In this document: positions 50,664 to 60,758 of the stretch, in pieces
How the letters are laid out: each line of letters opens with the position of its first letter
How positions within the stretch are numbered: position 1 is the stretch's first letter
Origin: Vulcanimicrobiota bacterium
GTDB lineage: Bacteria; Vulcanimicrobiota; Vulcanimicrobiia; Vulcanimicrobiales; Vulcanimicrobiaceae
Length of the DNA: 64,000 bases
Assembly (NCBI GenBank): GCA_963777315.1
Contig: CAVZQC010000001.1
Coordinates: 288,001-352,000, forward strand
Reading direction: 5' to 3'
Made by a program: the position numbers and the translations under genes
Notes under the pieces: generated by a model
The model's input: the letters and a program-made list of their open reading frames with translations, nothing else
Databases searched by the model: none
Told to the model about the DNA's origin: nothing

Positions 50664-51157
50664 TAGCGGTAGTTCACGAACTGCAGGGGAAGTTCGTATT
50701 CCATCGCTTTGAGATGAGCGATCACTTTCTGCAGATCGTCGCGGCTCTTGCCCGAGACGCGGATTTGTTCGTCCTGGTACTGCGCGTTGACTTTGAGCTT
50801 CAGGCCCTTGACCGCCTCGATCAGCGGCTTGCTCTTGTCTTTTGGGATGCCGCTTCGCACTTCGATCGTTTGCCGGACGCAATCGCCTGCGGCGGGCTCA
50901 ACCTTGCCGAAGTCGAAAGCTTTGACGTCGATTCCGCGTTTGACGGCTCTGGACGTAACGATGTCCATGACGTTCTTGAGCTTGAGCTCGTCGTCGGAAA
51001 GCACCACGATCTTCCCCTTGCCGTCGTAATCTATTTCGGTCTTGCTGTGTTTGAAGTCGAAGCGGCCCCCAATCTCTTTGCGCGCCTGGTTGAGCGCGTT
51101 GTCGAGTTCCTGCTGATCCACTTTGGACACAACGTCAAAGGACGCATCGCTGGGCAC
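50663..51157 (-). CDS. yajQ: YajQ family nucleotide-binding protein
   Basis: SFDVVSKVD, RFDFK, RVSGKSRDDLQ, LQFVNYR. Confidence 0.96.
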   Translation of the reverse strand: MPSDASFDVVSKVDQQELDNALNQARKEIGGRFDFKHSKTEIDYDGKGKIVVLSDDELKLKNVMDIVTSRAVKRGIDVKAFDFGKVEPAAGDCVRQTIEVRSGIPKDKSKPLIEAVKGLKLKVNAQYQDEQIRVSGKSRDDLQKVIAHLKAMEYELPLQFVNYR

Positions 51158-51166
51158 GGGCCGCTC

Positions 51167-51875
51167 CTACAATGAAAACGATTTCTCGACGACGTCACCG
51201 GCGGCGCCGAGCTTGCCGACAGTTTTTCCATCGACCGCAATCTGCACTCCGCCGGCATTTCCAACGCGGATCAGCGCGGATTTGCCGTGGAACGTTTTGG
51301 TCGTCCCGGCCGGAAACGTACCCTCAATACTAACATTGCCGTCAACGGTGACCCTGAGCCAAGACGGCGCGGTCAGATGAACGACAAGCGTGCGCCTTTG
51401 CGGGCGGGCGGTCGGAATGACGCTGGGCGACACAGCCGCTTGCCGGGACGCAAGCGCCGAGGCCGTTGGAACGCCCCCTGCCAAGGGGCTGGTCTTCGGC
51501 GGCGACACGTACAGATAAATTACGAACCCGATGAGCGCCAAGGCCACGGCTCCGGCAATCCACAGCAGCGGCGCCAAGCTGCGCGGTTCGCGATAAGGTT
51601 GACCGACGGGCGTTCCCGGCGAGGACGCAGTCACAGACTGAGCGCTGCCCGAGGCCGTATTGTACTCGGCAACCGCCTGCTCGGGATCGACGCCCAAAAA
51701 ACGGGCGTAGGTTCGCAAAAAGCCCCGCGTGTAGACGGGTGCTCCAATCGCCTTCCAGTTTTCGTCCTCTATCGCCGCCAAGTACACCGAGCGGATTCGC
51801 AGTCTGCTCGGAGACTTCGGAAAGCGTCAGCCCGCGCTCTTCTCTCGCGGCCCGAAAACGTTCTCCCAGCGACAT
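51167..51875 (-). CDS. rodZ: RodZ-like HTH/transmembrane/DUF4115 protein; 1-nt frameshift at 51803
   Basis: [18 protein letters not shown] joined to [20 protein letters not shown], transmembrane helix, [16 protein letters not shown]. Confidence 0.88.
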
Positions 51876-51924
51876 TGGGGCTTGGTGTTTGCGCCGCTCT
51901 GCTGTTATCCTGTCCAACGGAGCA

Positions 51925-52998
51925 ATGGCGAAAACGCGCGTAATTGCTGCAATGAGCGGGGGCGTCGATTCCGCTGTTGCAGCGGGCCTGTTGGCCGAAG
52001 CGGGATACGACGTGATCGGCGTGACGATGAAGATGTACGCGTCGACGCGGCCCGCACATGCCAAGAGTTGCTGCGGCGTCGAAGATTTCGACGACGCGCG
52101 CCGCAGCGCCGGCGCGCTCGGCATTCCGCACTACGTGCTGAATTTTGAGCAAGCGTTTCGCCGCAGCGTCATCGAGCGCTTCGTCGACGACTACTCGCGA
52201 GGCCGCACTCCGAACCCGTGCGTTTCCTGCAATAACTTCGTGAAGCTGGGCACCCTGCGCGCGTACGCCGATTCGATCGGCGCGCAGTTCGTCGCCACGG
52301 GTCACTACGCGCGGCTGGAACACCGCCGGGATGGTCCGCATTTGTTTCGCGGCGCACGCCAAAAAGATCAGGCGTATGCGCTCGCTCAGCTCCAGAGCGC
52401 ACAGCTGTCCCGGCTGCTGCTGCCGTTGGGCGATTTGGATAAAGACTCTACCCGTGCGCATGCCCGTCGTTTGAGGCTTCCGGTGCACGACAAAGCCGAG
52501 TCGCAAGACATCTGCTTCGTCGAGGGCGGCGACTATCGGGACGTCCTCGCGCGCGACAAGCCCGACGTCTTTCGTGAGGGGAAAATCGTGACCCAAACGG
52601 GTGACGTTTTGGGCGCGCACCAAGGGGTGGCAAACTTCACCGTCGGACAGCGCCGCGGTTTGCCCTCCGGCCAAGCCGCGCGCTACGTTACACGCATCGA
52701 TGCAGCGACAAATACCGTGGTCGTGGGGCGCGAAGACGAACTGGATGCGGACGCTCTGATCGCCGACGCCGTGAACCTGATTCGTCCCGAGCGGTTCGCA
52801 AGCCCTCGCGCGCCGGTATTGGCGATGGTGCGCTATCGAACTACGCCGGCGCCGGCATACGCAACCATGAACGGTACGGTGCTCGAACTAGAATTCGAGC
52901 GCCCCGCCAAAGCCGTTTCTCCGGGGCAGCTCGTCGCGCTATTCGATCGCGATGGCGAAGAAGTGCTCGGCGGCGCTACGATCGCACGCGTGCAGTAG
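51925..52998 (+). CDS. mnmA: tRNA 2-thiouridylase MnmA
   Basis: [46 protein letters not shown]. Confidence 0.97.
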   Translation: MAKTRVIAAMSGGVDSAVAAGLLAEAGYDVIGVTMKMYASTRPAHAKSCCGVEDFDDARRSAGALGIPHYVLNFEQAFRRSVIERFVDDYSRGRTPNPCVSCNNFVKLGTLRAYADSIGAQFVATGHYARLEHRRDGPHLFRGARQKDQAYALAQLQSAQLSRLLLPLGDLDKDSTRAHARRLRLPVHDKAESQDICFVEGGDYRDVLARDKPDVFREGKIVTQTGDVLGAHQGVANFTVGQRRGLPSGQAARYVTRIDAATNTVVVGREDELDADALIADAVNLIRPERFASPRAPVLAMVRYRTTPAPAYATMNGTVLELEFERPAKAVSPGQLVALFDRDGEEVLGGATIARVQ

Positions 52999-53006
52999 CG
53001 GCAACT

Positions 53007-53586
53007 TCAGCATAGGTAGATCCCGGCTGCGCGGTTTTTCAGCATCTCGTTGAGCATCTCTATCAGGACGCTGCGCTTTTCGGCGTCCGGCGCGCCGGCG
53101 TAACTCGTATACCGCTGCTCGAGCAAGCTCTGCAGGCCCTCGCTGACGAGCTGGCGCGAATCTTCGGAGCCCGGAGCAGCACCGACCGGATTGAGCTGCC
53201 CATCGATTTTGTTGGTTTCCAGCAACCGCAAAATCGTATATTCGCACGCCGCGCGGCGGTAGATGTTGCGGCGCGAGCGCGATTCGGGCAGCGTCTGGCG
53301 CGAACGCATAAAGAATCCATGCTCTTCCAGCACGGCGATAGACTCGAAAACCATCGTGGTGCTCAGAAGGCCGAGATCTTTGCGAATCTGCTCTATCGTC
53401 GGATGGCAAACGCCCCGGTCGTCCGCGAGCATCGTCAAGTACACGTACATGCTCAGTCTGACGCGGGTTGAGGACATGGAAAAGAAACCCGCTCCACCAG
53501 GTCGGCAATTGCACCGCGGGTGCGCACTCGCTGGGCGCCTCCCTTTCGGGGGGAACGGCGTCGTGGACGACGTTTAAATCATCCAA
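53007..53586 (-). CDS. Winged helix-turn-helix protein (HTH_36-like); 1-nt frameshift at 53457
   Basis: TTG start after GAGGTG; LNPRQLSMYVYLTMLADDRGVCHPTIEQIRKDLGL...LEEHGF...NIY. Confidence 0.65.
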
Positions 53587-53736
53587 ATACAGGCACCTCG
53601 CGACCGGAAAACCGAGCGATATGGACCCGCATTTCAAAAAGCGAGCCCTTCGCGCCTTCGTAAAGGACCGTACAATAAATTGAATACGTTGCAGCCCGCA
53701 GCCGGCTTGCCGTTGCGCCGGGCAGCGTAAGCGGCT

Positions 53737-54819
53737 TTACGCCGTGGCCAGCTCCACGTCCGCGCGCACGTTCCAGTACGTGTCGCGAATGACCGGCTCG
53801 AATCCCGCCGTCCTTACTATCTGCTCGACGTCGCGGCGCGAGGCCTCGTTCGTCGAGCCGGCGTCATGCACGACTTGCTCCTCGATGATCGTGCCGCCCA
53901 TGTCGTCGCAGCCGTAAAACAGCGCGAGCTGACCCAATTTCAAGCCCGGCGTGAGCCAGGAGGCCTGCAGATGCGCGACGTTGTCCAAATATAAGCGCGA
54001 TACCGCCAGTACGCGCAAGTACTCCAGACCCGTAGCCTCCTTGCCGCGCAGCGGGGTCTTCCATGGAACGTAGTACCACGGGATGAACGCGGTAAAGCCG
54101 TTGGTCTCGTCCTGCAGGCTGCGGATTGCGTCCAAATGCGCGATCCGTTCGGCGCGCGTTTCGATCGACCCGAACATCATCGTGGCCGTGGTCGGCATGC
54201 CGAGCGACTGGGCTTCGCGCATCACGCCGATCCAATCGTCGGGTTTGACCTTGCGCGCGCTGATGCGTTTGCGCACGCGCTCGACCAAAATCTCCGCGCC
54301 CGCACCGGGCAGCGATTTCATGCCGGCATTTTTGAGGCGCAGCAGCACTTCGCGGCACGACAGGTTTTCGATTTTCGCCAGCCCCGCGACTTCCGATACC
54401 GAGAGCGAATGGATGTCGACGCCTGGATATTCGGCTGCCACCCTGCGGAAAAGCCGTTCGAACCATTCCAGGCGCAGTTCCGGGTTCACCCCGCCTTGGA
54501 TCATGATTTGCGTCGCGCCTTGATCGGCGGCGTGTTTAACGCGCGCCAGCACCTCGTCGTGCGACATCGTGTAGCCCTCTTTGTGTTTTTCCGGCCGGAA
54601 AAACGCGCAAAAGGTACAGTGCACGTTGCACACGTTCGTGTAATTGATCGTCGTGTCGATTACGTACGTCACGGTGTTCGTCGGGTAGAGCTGCATGCGC
54701 CGCGCGTGAGCCGCAGCGCCGAGATCGTGAATGTCGGCCTCCTGATAGACGCGCACGCCTTCTTCGTAACTCAGGCGCCGGCCGTCGGCGGCTTTTTCCA
54801 GCAGACTAAGAAGCGACAC
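53737..54819 (-). CDS. mqnC: Cyclic dehypoxanthine futalosine synthase
   Basis: INYTNVCNVHCTFCAF, IQGG, PGAGAEIL, TATMMFG, FTAFIPW, LQASW. Confidence 0.9.
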   Translation of the reverse strand: MSLLSLLEKAADGRRLSYEEGVRVYQEADIHDLGAAAHARRMQLYPTNTVTYVIDTTINYTNVCNVHCTFCAFFRPEKHKEGYTMSHDEVLARVKHAADQGATQIMIQGGVNPELRLEWFERLFRRVAAEYPGVDIHSLSVSEVAGLAKIENLSCREVLLRLKNAGMKSLPGAGAEILVERVRKRISARKVKPDDWIGVMREAQSLGMPTTATMMFGSIETRAERIAHLDAIRSLQDETNGFTAFIPWYYVPWKTPLRGKEATGLEYLRVLAVSRLYLDNVAHLQASWLTPGLKLGQLALFYGCDDMGGTIIEEQVVHDAGSTNEASRRDVEQIVRTAGFEPVIRDTYWNVRADVELATA

Positions 54820-55636
54820 CGACGACCTCCGGAACGACTCTGGGAATGCGATCGATCGCACCGATGGCCGCCAGCTCGCGGCAGTACGCCGCCAGTCCGC
54901 GCTGCGCTGCGGAATGAAACGTAAAATTCAGCTTGCCGTAATAGATTTCGTAAAAGCCGGCAGGACGCGGTTTGAGGCTTTGCGCTTGCGCTATCACGCG
55001 ATCCCGGTTCGCACGTCCCCAAGAGTATGCGTCGGTAAGCGCGTGAAGGCAGGCGCGAACCTCTTCCAGGCGCCGTTCGAATATCTCACGCCTTGCCACC
55101 CACACTGCCGTCACCGACTGCTCACCGGTCCAATCGCGCCAGAGGGAGCCGAGATCGTAGACCTGTTCGGACGCAAACTCGAACGCCGCATCGATCGCGC
55201 AATCCCCGATGACCATTGCGGGCTCGCCGGCCCGAGCGTGCTCGAGCGGATCGTCGGTCTGCACGAACTGCGCGCGCACGCCGTATCGCCGTTCGAGCAG
55301 AATCGCAAGCAGACTGCGCCCGCTGGCCGATTCGCCGGTGGTGGCGATCTTCGCTCCGTCCAAAAGCGCCGGCGGCATGCCGGAGATCAGCAGCACGGAA
55401 ACGATTTCGTCGCGCGCGCCGATGCACAGGTCGGGCAACAGTGCGTAGCGCTGCGCGCCGGCCGCGTACTCGAATGCGCTCACGGGGCCCATGTCCAGTT
55501 CCCCGGAGCGCATCATCGCGTTCAGCCGCGCGGGAACGTCGGCCACCAGCGTACCGGGATACTCGACCACGCCTGCGTCGACCCCGCCGTAAATCGGCAG
55601 GTCGTTGACGTATTGCATGCGGCTGCAGCGCAGCAT
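54806..55636 (-). CDS. mqnA: Chorismate dehydratase (MqnA/MqnD family)
   Basis: YVNDLP, VPARLN, SVLL, SASG, VIGDCA, DLGSLW; lies between mqnE and mqnC. Confidence 0.85.
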   Translation of the reverse strand: MLRCSRMQYVNDLPIYGGVDAGVVEYPGTLVADVPARLNAMMRSGELDMGPVSAFEYAAGAQRYALLPDLCIGARDEIVSVLLISGMPPALLDGAKIATTGESASGRSLLAILLERRYGVRAQFVQTDDPLEHARAGEPAMVIGDCAIDAAFEFASEQVYDLGSLWRDWTGEQSVTAVWVARREIFERRLEEVRACLHALTDAYSWGRANRDRVIAQAQSLKPRPAGFYEIYYGKLNFTFHSAAQRGLAAYCRELAAIGAIDRIPRVVPEVVGVAS

Positions 55637-56779
55637 CAAACCATGGCCTCTTCGCGCTCGAGCGGCGGAGCCCAATCATAGTCGAACTCTTCGTAAGTCG
55701 AATTGCGGCGCACCGGAACGTATCCCGCCTCTTCGATCAGCCGGCGGAATTCGCGGTCGTCGACATACTGACCCGAACGCGTTCCGGCGCTGTGGTAGAT
55801 CAGCTCTTCGTCGGTGCTGCCATGCGTGCCGTCCATGTCGTCGGCACCGAACGCCAGCGCAACCTGGCAGACTTTGAGTCCTTGAATCATCCAGTACGCT
55901 TTGACGTGATCGAAGTTGGACAGCATCAGCCGGGAAACCACAAACATGCGAATGTCGTCCAAGCCGGTGGTCCAACCGCAGTCGTTCAGTTCGTTGCCGT
56001 CCGGATGAAACGCCAGCGGAATGAACGCATTGTAGCCCGGCGAGCGATCCTGGGATCCGCGCAGCCGCACGAGATGGTCCAACCGGTCCTCGAGCGATTC
56101 GATGTGGCCGTACAGCATCGTCGCGTTCGAGGCTACGCCTTGGCGATGCAGCTCTTCATGGATCTCGAGCCATTTTTCCGAGCCGACTTTGCCCGGACAA
56201 ATTTTTTTGCGCGTCTCCTCGGCGAATATCTCCGCGCCGCCGCCGTTGACGTTGTCCAAGCCGGCTTCTTTGAGCAGGGCAATCATTGCGGCAAAACTCA
56301 TGCGGTGACGCTTGCACATGTACTCGATTTCCGCAGCGGTGAACAGCGACAGACTGCACGTGCGGAAGCCGCGCTTTGAAGCGGCGCATCAGCGGCAGCC
56401 AATAATCCAGCGACAGCTGGCGCGGGTCGTGGCCCCCGACGATGTGGATCTGGTTGAAGTTGGTGCCGGTTTCGAGCGCTTTACTCATCACGGCGTCTGC
56501 CGTCATGCGCATCGCACGCTGCGGTTCTTTGAACTCGTCGGCCGCAAACGAACAGAACTTGCAGCCCGCGTAACACACGTTGGTGGAATTGATGTAGCGG
56601 TTGAGGACGTAAAAGACTTTCTTGCCGCTCTTGCGTTCCTTTGCTGCGCGGGCAAGTCGTCCCAACGAGTGAATGTCCGGCGTGCGGAAAAGCACCAGGC
56701 CGTCGTCGATGGACAGAGGGACGCTTTGGTTTATCTTATGCTCGATCGGCTCGAGCGCGGGGTCCATCGGCAATGCCAC
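55636..56779 (-). CDS. mqnE: Aminofutalosine synthase; 1-nt frameshift at 56353
   Basis: INSTNVCYAGCKFCSF, IHIVGG, GGGAEIF, NATMLYGHIE, FIPLAFHP, HVKAYW, EELIYHSAG. Confidence 0.9.
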
Positions 56780-56788
56780 GGGAGATCC

Positions 56789-57496
56789 TTATCGACTGCG
56801 GAGCGAACGCATTGTGCTTCGTACTGTACGGCGCGCGCCCTGGCGGCGCAAAGGACTTTTACCGCCCGCAAGTTCGACGAAGGCTGCGCCCAAAAGCGCG
56901 AGTATGCCGCCCAAGCATACTCCGCCCACGATGTCGGTCGGGTAGTGGGCGGCAAGCGCCAGGCGGGACCAAATGATCCCCAGCCACATCGCCGCAAGCA
57001 GTACGAACGACGGCCATCGAATCCATGCGGACAACTCGCTCATCACGAGCACTACGCCGGCCAGCAGGTAAAACGCCGTCGAGATGGCGGCATGCGAGCT
57101 CGGATACGAAAACGCATGCTCGTGGCGAATGAGCCAGTCCAATCGCCGCGGCCGCGCGAACAGGCGCTGGAAACCCGCAGCGCTTCCCCATGCCGCCAAG
57201 GCGACCGCGACGACGTAGAACGCCCGCACGCGCAGGCGGCGAACGAAAATGCCGGCTGCAATGCAAATCAAATACAGCGGACCGAGCACTTGGGCCCAAC
57301 CGGCGTTCGTGAACGCCCACGCAACCCATATGGCGTGGCCGCGCACCATTTTCGCAAAGGCCCAGAGCAGCGGCGGTTCTCCGTGCGCGTCGACGTACAG
57401 ACCGAGCCACCAAAACCCGGCGAACAGCACCAGTGCAGGAAAGACGAGCGCGGCAACTTTTCGGCCGCGGCCGTCAACCGCCGGTTGCGAAGAGAT
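56789..57496 (-). CDS. PAP2-family phosphatase (probable ATC start at 57496; first canonical start GTG 57430)
   Basis: RLFARPR, SYPSSHA, SRLALAAHYPTDIVGG. Confidence 0.88.
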   Translation of the reverse strand: MSSQPAVDGRGRKVAALVFPALVLFAGFWWLGLYVDAHGEPPLLWAFAKMVRGHAIWVAWAFTNAGWAQVLGPLYLICIAAGIFVRRLRVRAFYVVAVALAAWGSAAGFQRLFARPRRLDWLIRHEHAFSYPSSHAAISTAFYLLAGVVLVMSELSAWIRWPSFVLLAAMWLGIIWSRLALAAHYPTDIVGGVCLGGILALLGAAFVELAGGKSPLRRQGARRTVRSTMRSLRSR

Positions 57497-59621
57497 CCGG
57501 CTGTCCCCCTTGGATGCGGCCCAAGCGCGGCGCGATCTGTTCCAGCTCGCCCAAACCTATCAGAATGCGCCTGGGCTTGGTGCCTTCATGCGGGCCTACG
57601 ATTTTGAAATCTTCGAGTTGGCGCATGACGCGAACCGCGCGCGGATGTCCGACCGAGAACTGCGACTGCAACGCCGCCGTCGACGCGTAGTTGGTTTCGA
57701 TGATGAACTTGGCGGCATCGTAGCACAGCGGGTCGACGTCTTTTCGAGCTTCGTCGTCGTCGGAAATGGGCACGACTTCGACGTCGAGCAAATTCTGGGG
57801 ACGGCTTTGTCCGGCCCAGTAGCCGACCAAACGGTGCACCTCGCTGCCGGTGATCAGCGCTCCTTGCGAACGCACCGGTTTGGGCGCGTCGATCGGCAGG
57901 TACAGCATGTCGCCGCGCCCGAGCAGCCGTTCGGCGCCCGCCATGTCCAAGATCGTGCGGGAGTCGACTTGCGAGCTGACGGCGAACGCGATGCGCGAAG
58001 GGATGTTCGCCTTTATCAGCCCCGTTATAACGTCCACCGACGGCCGCTGCGTTGCAACGATCAGATGGATGCCCGTCGCGCGCGCCAGCTGCGCCAGGCG
58101 CATGATCGTGGTCTCGACCTTCGCCGGCGCGACCAGCATCAAATCGGCCAGTTCGTCGATGACGATCACCACATAGGGCAGTTTGTCGCCGGGAAACTTC
58201 GCGTTGTATTCCTGAATCTTGCGCACGCCGGCCTTGGCGAAGCGTTCGTAGCGCGCATCCATTTCCTTGGTCATCTCGAACAGCGCCCCGGCCGCCAAGC
58301 GCGCGTCGGTGATCACTTCTTTGATTAAATGCGGAATGCCGTTGTAAACGGTCAGCTCGACGCGCTTGGGATCGATCATGAGCATCTGCACTTGATCGGG
58401 AGTCGCACTCACGAGCAGCGAGGCGATGATCGTGTTCAAGCAAACGGATTTCCCTGAACCGGTTGCCCCTGCAACCAGCAGATGCGGCATGTTGTCCAAA
58501 TCGCCGAACACCGGACGTCCGGTGATGTCTTTGCCAAGCGCCATCCATAGCGGCGGCACCTGGCCGCGTTGCGGAAGCGCATCGAGAATCTCGCGGATCG
58601 AGACGACCGATACGGTTTTGTTCGGAACTTCGATTCCGACTGCCGATTTGCCCGGGATGGGCGCTTCGATGCGCACGCTCGTCGCCGCCAGCGCCAGCGC
58701 GATGTCGTCGGACAGCGCGGCGATGCGCGAAATCTTCACGCCGCGTTCGGGTTTGAGCTCGTAGCGCGTGATCGACGGGCCGCGCTCGATGTGCACGACC
58801 TTGGCGCCCACGCCGAACGACGCGAGCGTGTCTTCGAGCACATGCGATCGGGTGGAATCGTCCGCCGCCTGGGTTTGAGGCGGGTCGAACAGCGACAGGT
58901 CCGGCAGCCGGTATGCCGCACCCGGCTGCGGCCGGCGCGCCGGTCGCCCTGGTCCGGAATCGTTCTCGATGCTCTGATACGGCTGCGGCATGGCGATTGG
59001 CGCGGGAGCGGGGGCGTGCAACGGTTCGGGCGGTGATTGGAACGGTGCGATCGGCGCCGGCGCTCGGAAAGCATCTTTTCCGGCGGCTGAATCTTTCGGC
59101 AAGGCGAACGCGTTGCTCGGCAATCGCATCTGCGGCACGCGCATTTTCGAACACGCAAGCACCAGCCAGCCCAAAACTTTCTTGACCGAAACGTTGCTGA
59201 TCCACACCGCCAGCAAAAGCGCGGCAAGGCCGATGACGATGCGCGCTCCGGCAACGCCGATCAGCGCACGCAGCTCGTCCCAAATGTTGGAACCTACGAT
59301 GCCGCCGCGGCGCCCGAGCGCGGCATCGACGATGAGGAAGTAGCCCAACGCGGCAAATCCCAGCGTGCCGATCATTCGCGGAACGTTGATCTCCAAAAAG
59401 ACGATTGCACCCAGCAGCGCGACGAGCACGGGGAAGAGCGGCGCCGCCGCCCCAAACAGGACGTAGAGGACGTGAGCCGCTGCGCCGCCGGCAATGCCGG
59501 CGCGTGCAGGCGGCAAGGCCAGCGCGATTCCCAAGAGGACGGCGAGACCGATCGCGGCAATCCCCGCGATCTCAAAGTTCATCCGGTTTTTTGCGGTCGC
59601 CTTGCGGCGTACGCGGGCCAT
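57474..59621 (-). CDS. ftsK: DNA translocase FtsK/SpoIIIE
   Basis: N-terminal transmembrane helices; RIEAPIPGK, PHLLVAGATGSGKS, IDELADLM, ATQRPSVD, GAERLLGRGDML; gamma domain. Confidence 0.97.
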   Translation of the reverse strand: MARVRRKATAKNRMNFEIAGIAAIGLAVLLGIALALPPARAGIAGGAAAHVLYVLFGAAAPLFPVLVALLGAIVFLEINVPRMIGTLGFAALGYFLIVDAALGRRGGIVGSNIWDELRALIGVAGARIVIGLAALLLAVWISNVSVKKVLGWLVLACSKMRVPQMRLPSNAFALPKDSAAGKDAFRAPAPIAPFQSPPEPLHAPAPAPIAMPQPYQSIENDSGPGRPARRPQPGAAYRLPDLSLFDPPQTQAADDSTRSHVLEDTLASFGVGAKVVHIERGPSITRYELKPERGVKISRIAALSDDIALALAATSVRIEAPIPGKSAVGIEVPNKTVSVVSIREILDALPQRGQVPPLWMALGKDITGRPVFGDLDNMPHLLVAGATGSGKSVCLNTIIASLLVSATPDQVQMLMIDPKRVELTVYNGIPHLIKEVITDARLAAGALFEMTKEMDARYERFAKAGVRKIQEYNAKFPGDKLPYVVIVIDELADLMLVAPAKVETTIMRLAQLARATGIHLIVATQRPSVDVITGLIKANIPSRIAFAVSSQVDSRTILDMAGAERLLGRGDMLYLPIDAPKPVRSQGALITGSEVHRLVGYWAGQSRPQNLLDVEVVPISDDDEARKDVDPLCYDAAKFIIETNYASTAALQSQFSVGHPRAVRVMRQLEDFKIVGPHEGTKPRRILIGLGELEQIAPRLGRIQGGQPDLFATGG

Positions 59622-59657
59622 GGACTACGAACGTTCGTCACATGCCGGGGAGTTCAT

Positions 59658-60758
59658 TTGCCGACCCAAACCATCGTGATACTCGAAGGCGACCAAACCG
59701 GACAGGAATTGCTGCTCGAAGCGCTGCGCGTCATGGATCGTTCCGTTATCGGCATCGACCTCGATTTCGAACGCTACGATCTTTCGCTGGAGAATCGCCG
59801 CAAAACGGACAACGGCGTCGTCCGGCAAGCTGCAGTGGCGATGAAGCGCGCGCGGTTCGGGCTCAAGGCCGCCACCATTACGCCCGAGACTGCGGGCGAC
59901 GTCGGCTCGCCCAACGCGCTGCTGCGCAAAGCAATCGACGGCAAAGTGATCGTGCGCACCGGCCGGCGTCTGCCCGGCGTGCGGCCCGTCGCCGGCATCC
60001 ACGCGCCGATCTCGGTCGTTCGCATGGCCGTCGGCGATGCGTACGGAGCCAAGGAGTGGCGCGAGGGTGAAGGCGACGGCGAAGTTGCGTACCGCACCGA
60101 AGCGATCGAACGCAGCGTGTGCCGTTTCGTAGCCGAGTACGCATTTCGGCACGCCGAACGCATGAACGCCAAAGTGTTCGGCGGCCCCAAGTATACGGTC
60201 AGCCCGGTGTACGAAGGAATGCTCAAAGAGGAAATGGACGCCGCCGCCGCACGGCATCCGAACGTCACGTACGAACCGCAATTGATAGATGCGACGTATG
60301 CGCTGCTGCTGAGCACGGACGGCGAACGCGCGATGGTCATCCCTTCGCTCAATCGCGACGGCGACTGCCTTTCCGATTTGGTCATGCAGCTCTTCGGCTC
60401 AATTGCCGGTTCCGAATCCGTCCTGCTTTCGTTCGAATCGTCGCCCGCGGCGCACGGCTCGGCGGATTTCACGCCCACCGTCGTCATGGCAGAAGCGCCG
60501 CACGGCACCGCTCCGCGCCTGTTCGGCAAAAACGTGGCGAACCCGATGGCGATGATCCTGGCCGCCGCGGCGGTGCTGTCGCACGTGCGCGACAAGCGCG
60601 CGCAAGACGCTTCGCGAGCGATGTACGAATCGACGCTCGAGGCGGTGCACGAAGGTTTGGCGACCAGCGATTTGGGCGGTCACGCGTCGACGAGCGACTT
60701 CACCGACGGCGTCGTCGAACGCGTCAAACGCAAACTGGAGGTCTGGTCGACTTTATAG
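59658..60758 (+). CDS. Isocitrate/isopropylmalate dehydrogenase family protein
   Basis: TTG start after GGGGAG; LEGDQTGQE, LKAATITP, SPNALLRK, DGDCLSD, EAPHGTAP, ANPMAMI, TSDLGG. Confidence 0.9.
   Translation: MPTQTIVILEGDQTGQELLLEALRVMDRSVIGIDLDFERYDLSLENRRKTDNGVVRQAAVAMKRARFGLKAATITPETAGDVGSPNALLRKAIDGKVIVRTGRRLPGVRPVAGIHAPISVVRMAVGDAYGAKEWREGEGDGEVAYRTEAIERSVCRFVAEYAFRHAERMNAKVFGGPKYTVSPVYEGMLKEEMDAAAARHPNVTYEPQLIDATYALLLSTDGERAMVIPSLNRDGDCLSDLVMQLFGSIAGSESVLLSFESSPAAHGSADFTPTVVMAEAPHGTAPRLFGKNVANPMAMILAAAAVLSHVRDKRAQDASRAMYESTLEAVHEGLATSDLGGHASTSDFTDGVVERVKRKLEVWSTL

Noticed and set aside
12166..56779. Widespread pseudogenisation or programmed recoding of mntP, proline dehydrogenase, secA, rodZ, mqnE and others
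   Set aside because: Each gene has a single local lesion with both halves otherwise intact, always at AGCT and without slippery sites. A sequencing artefact explains this better.
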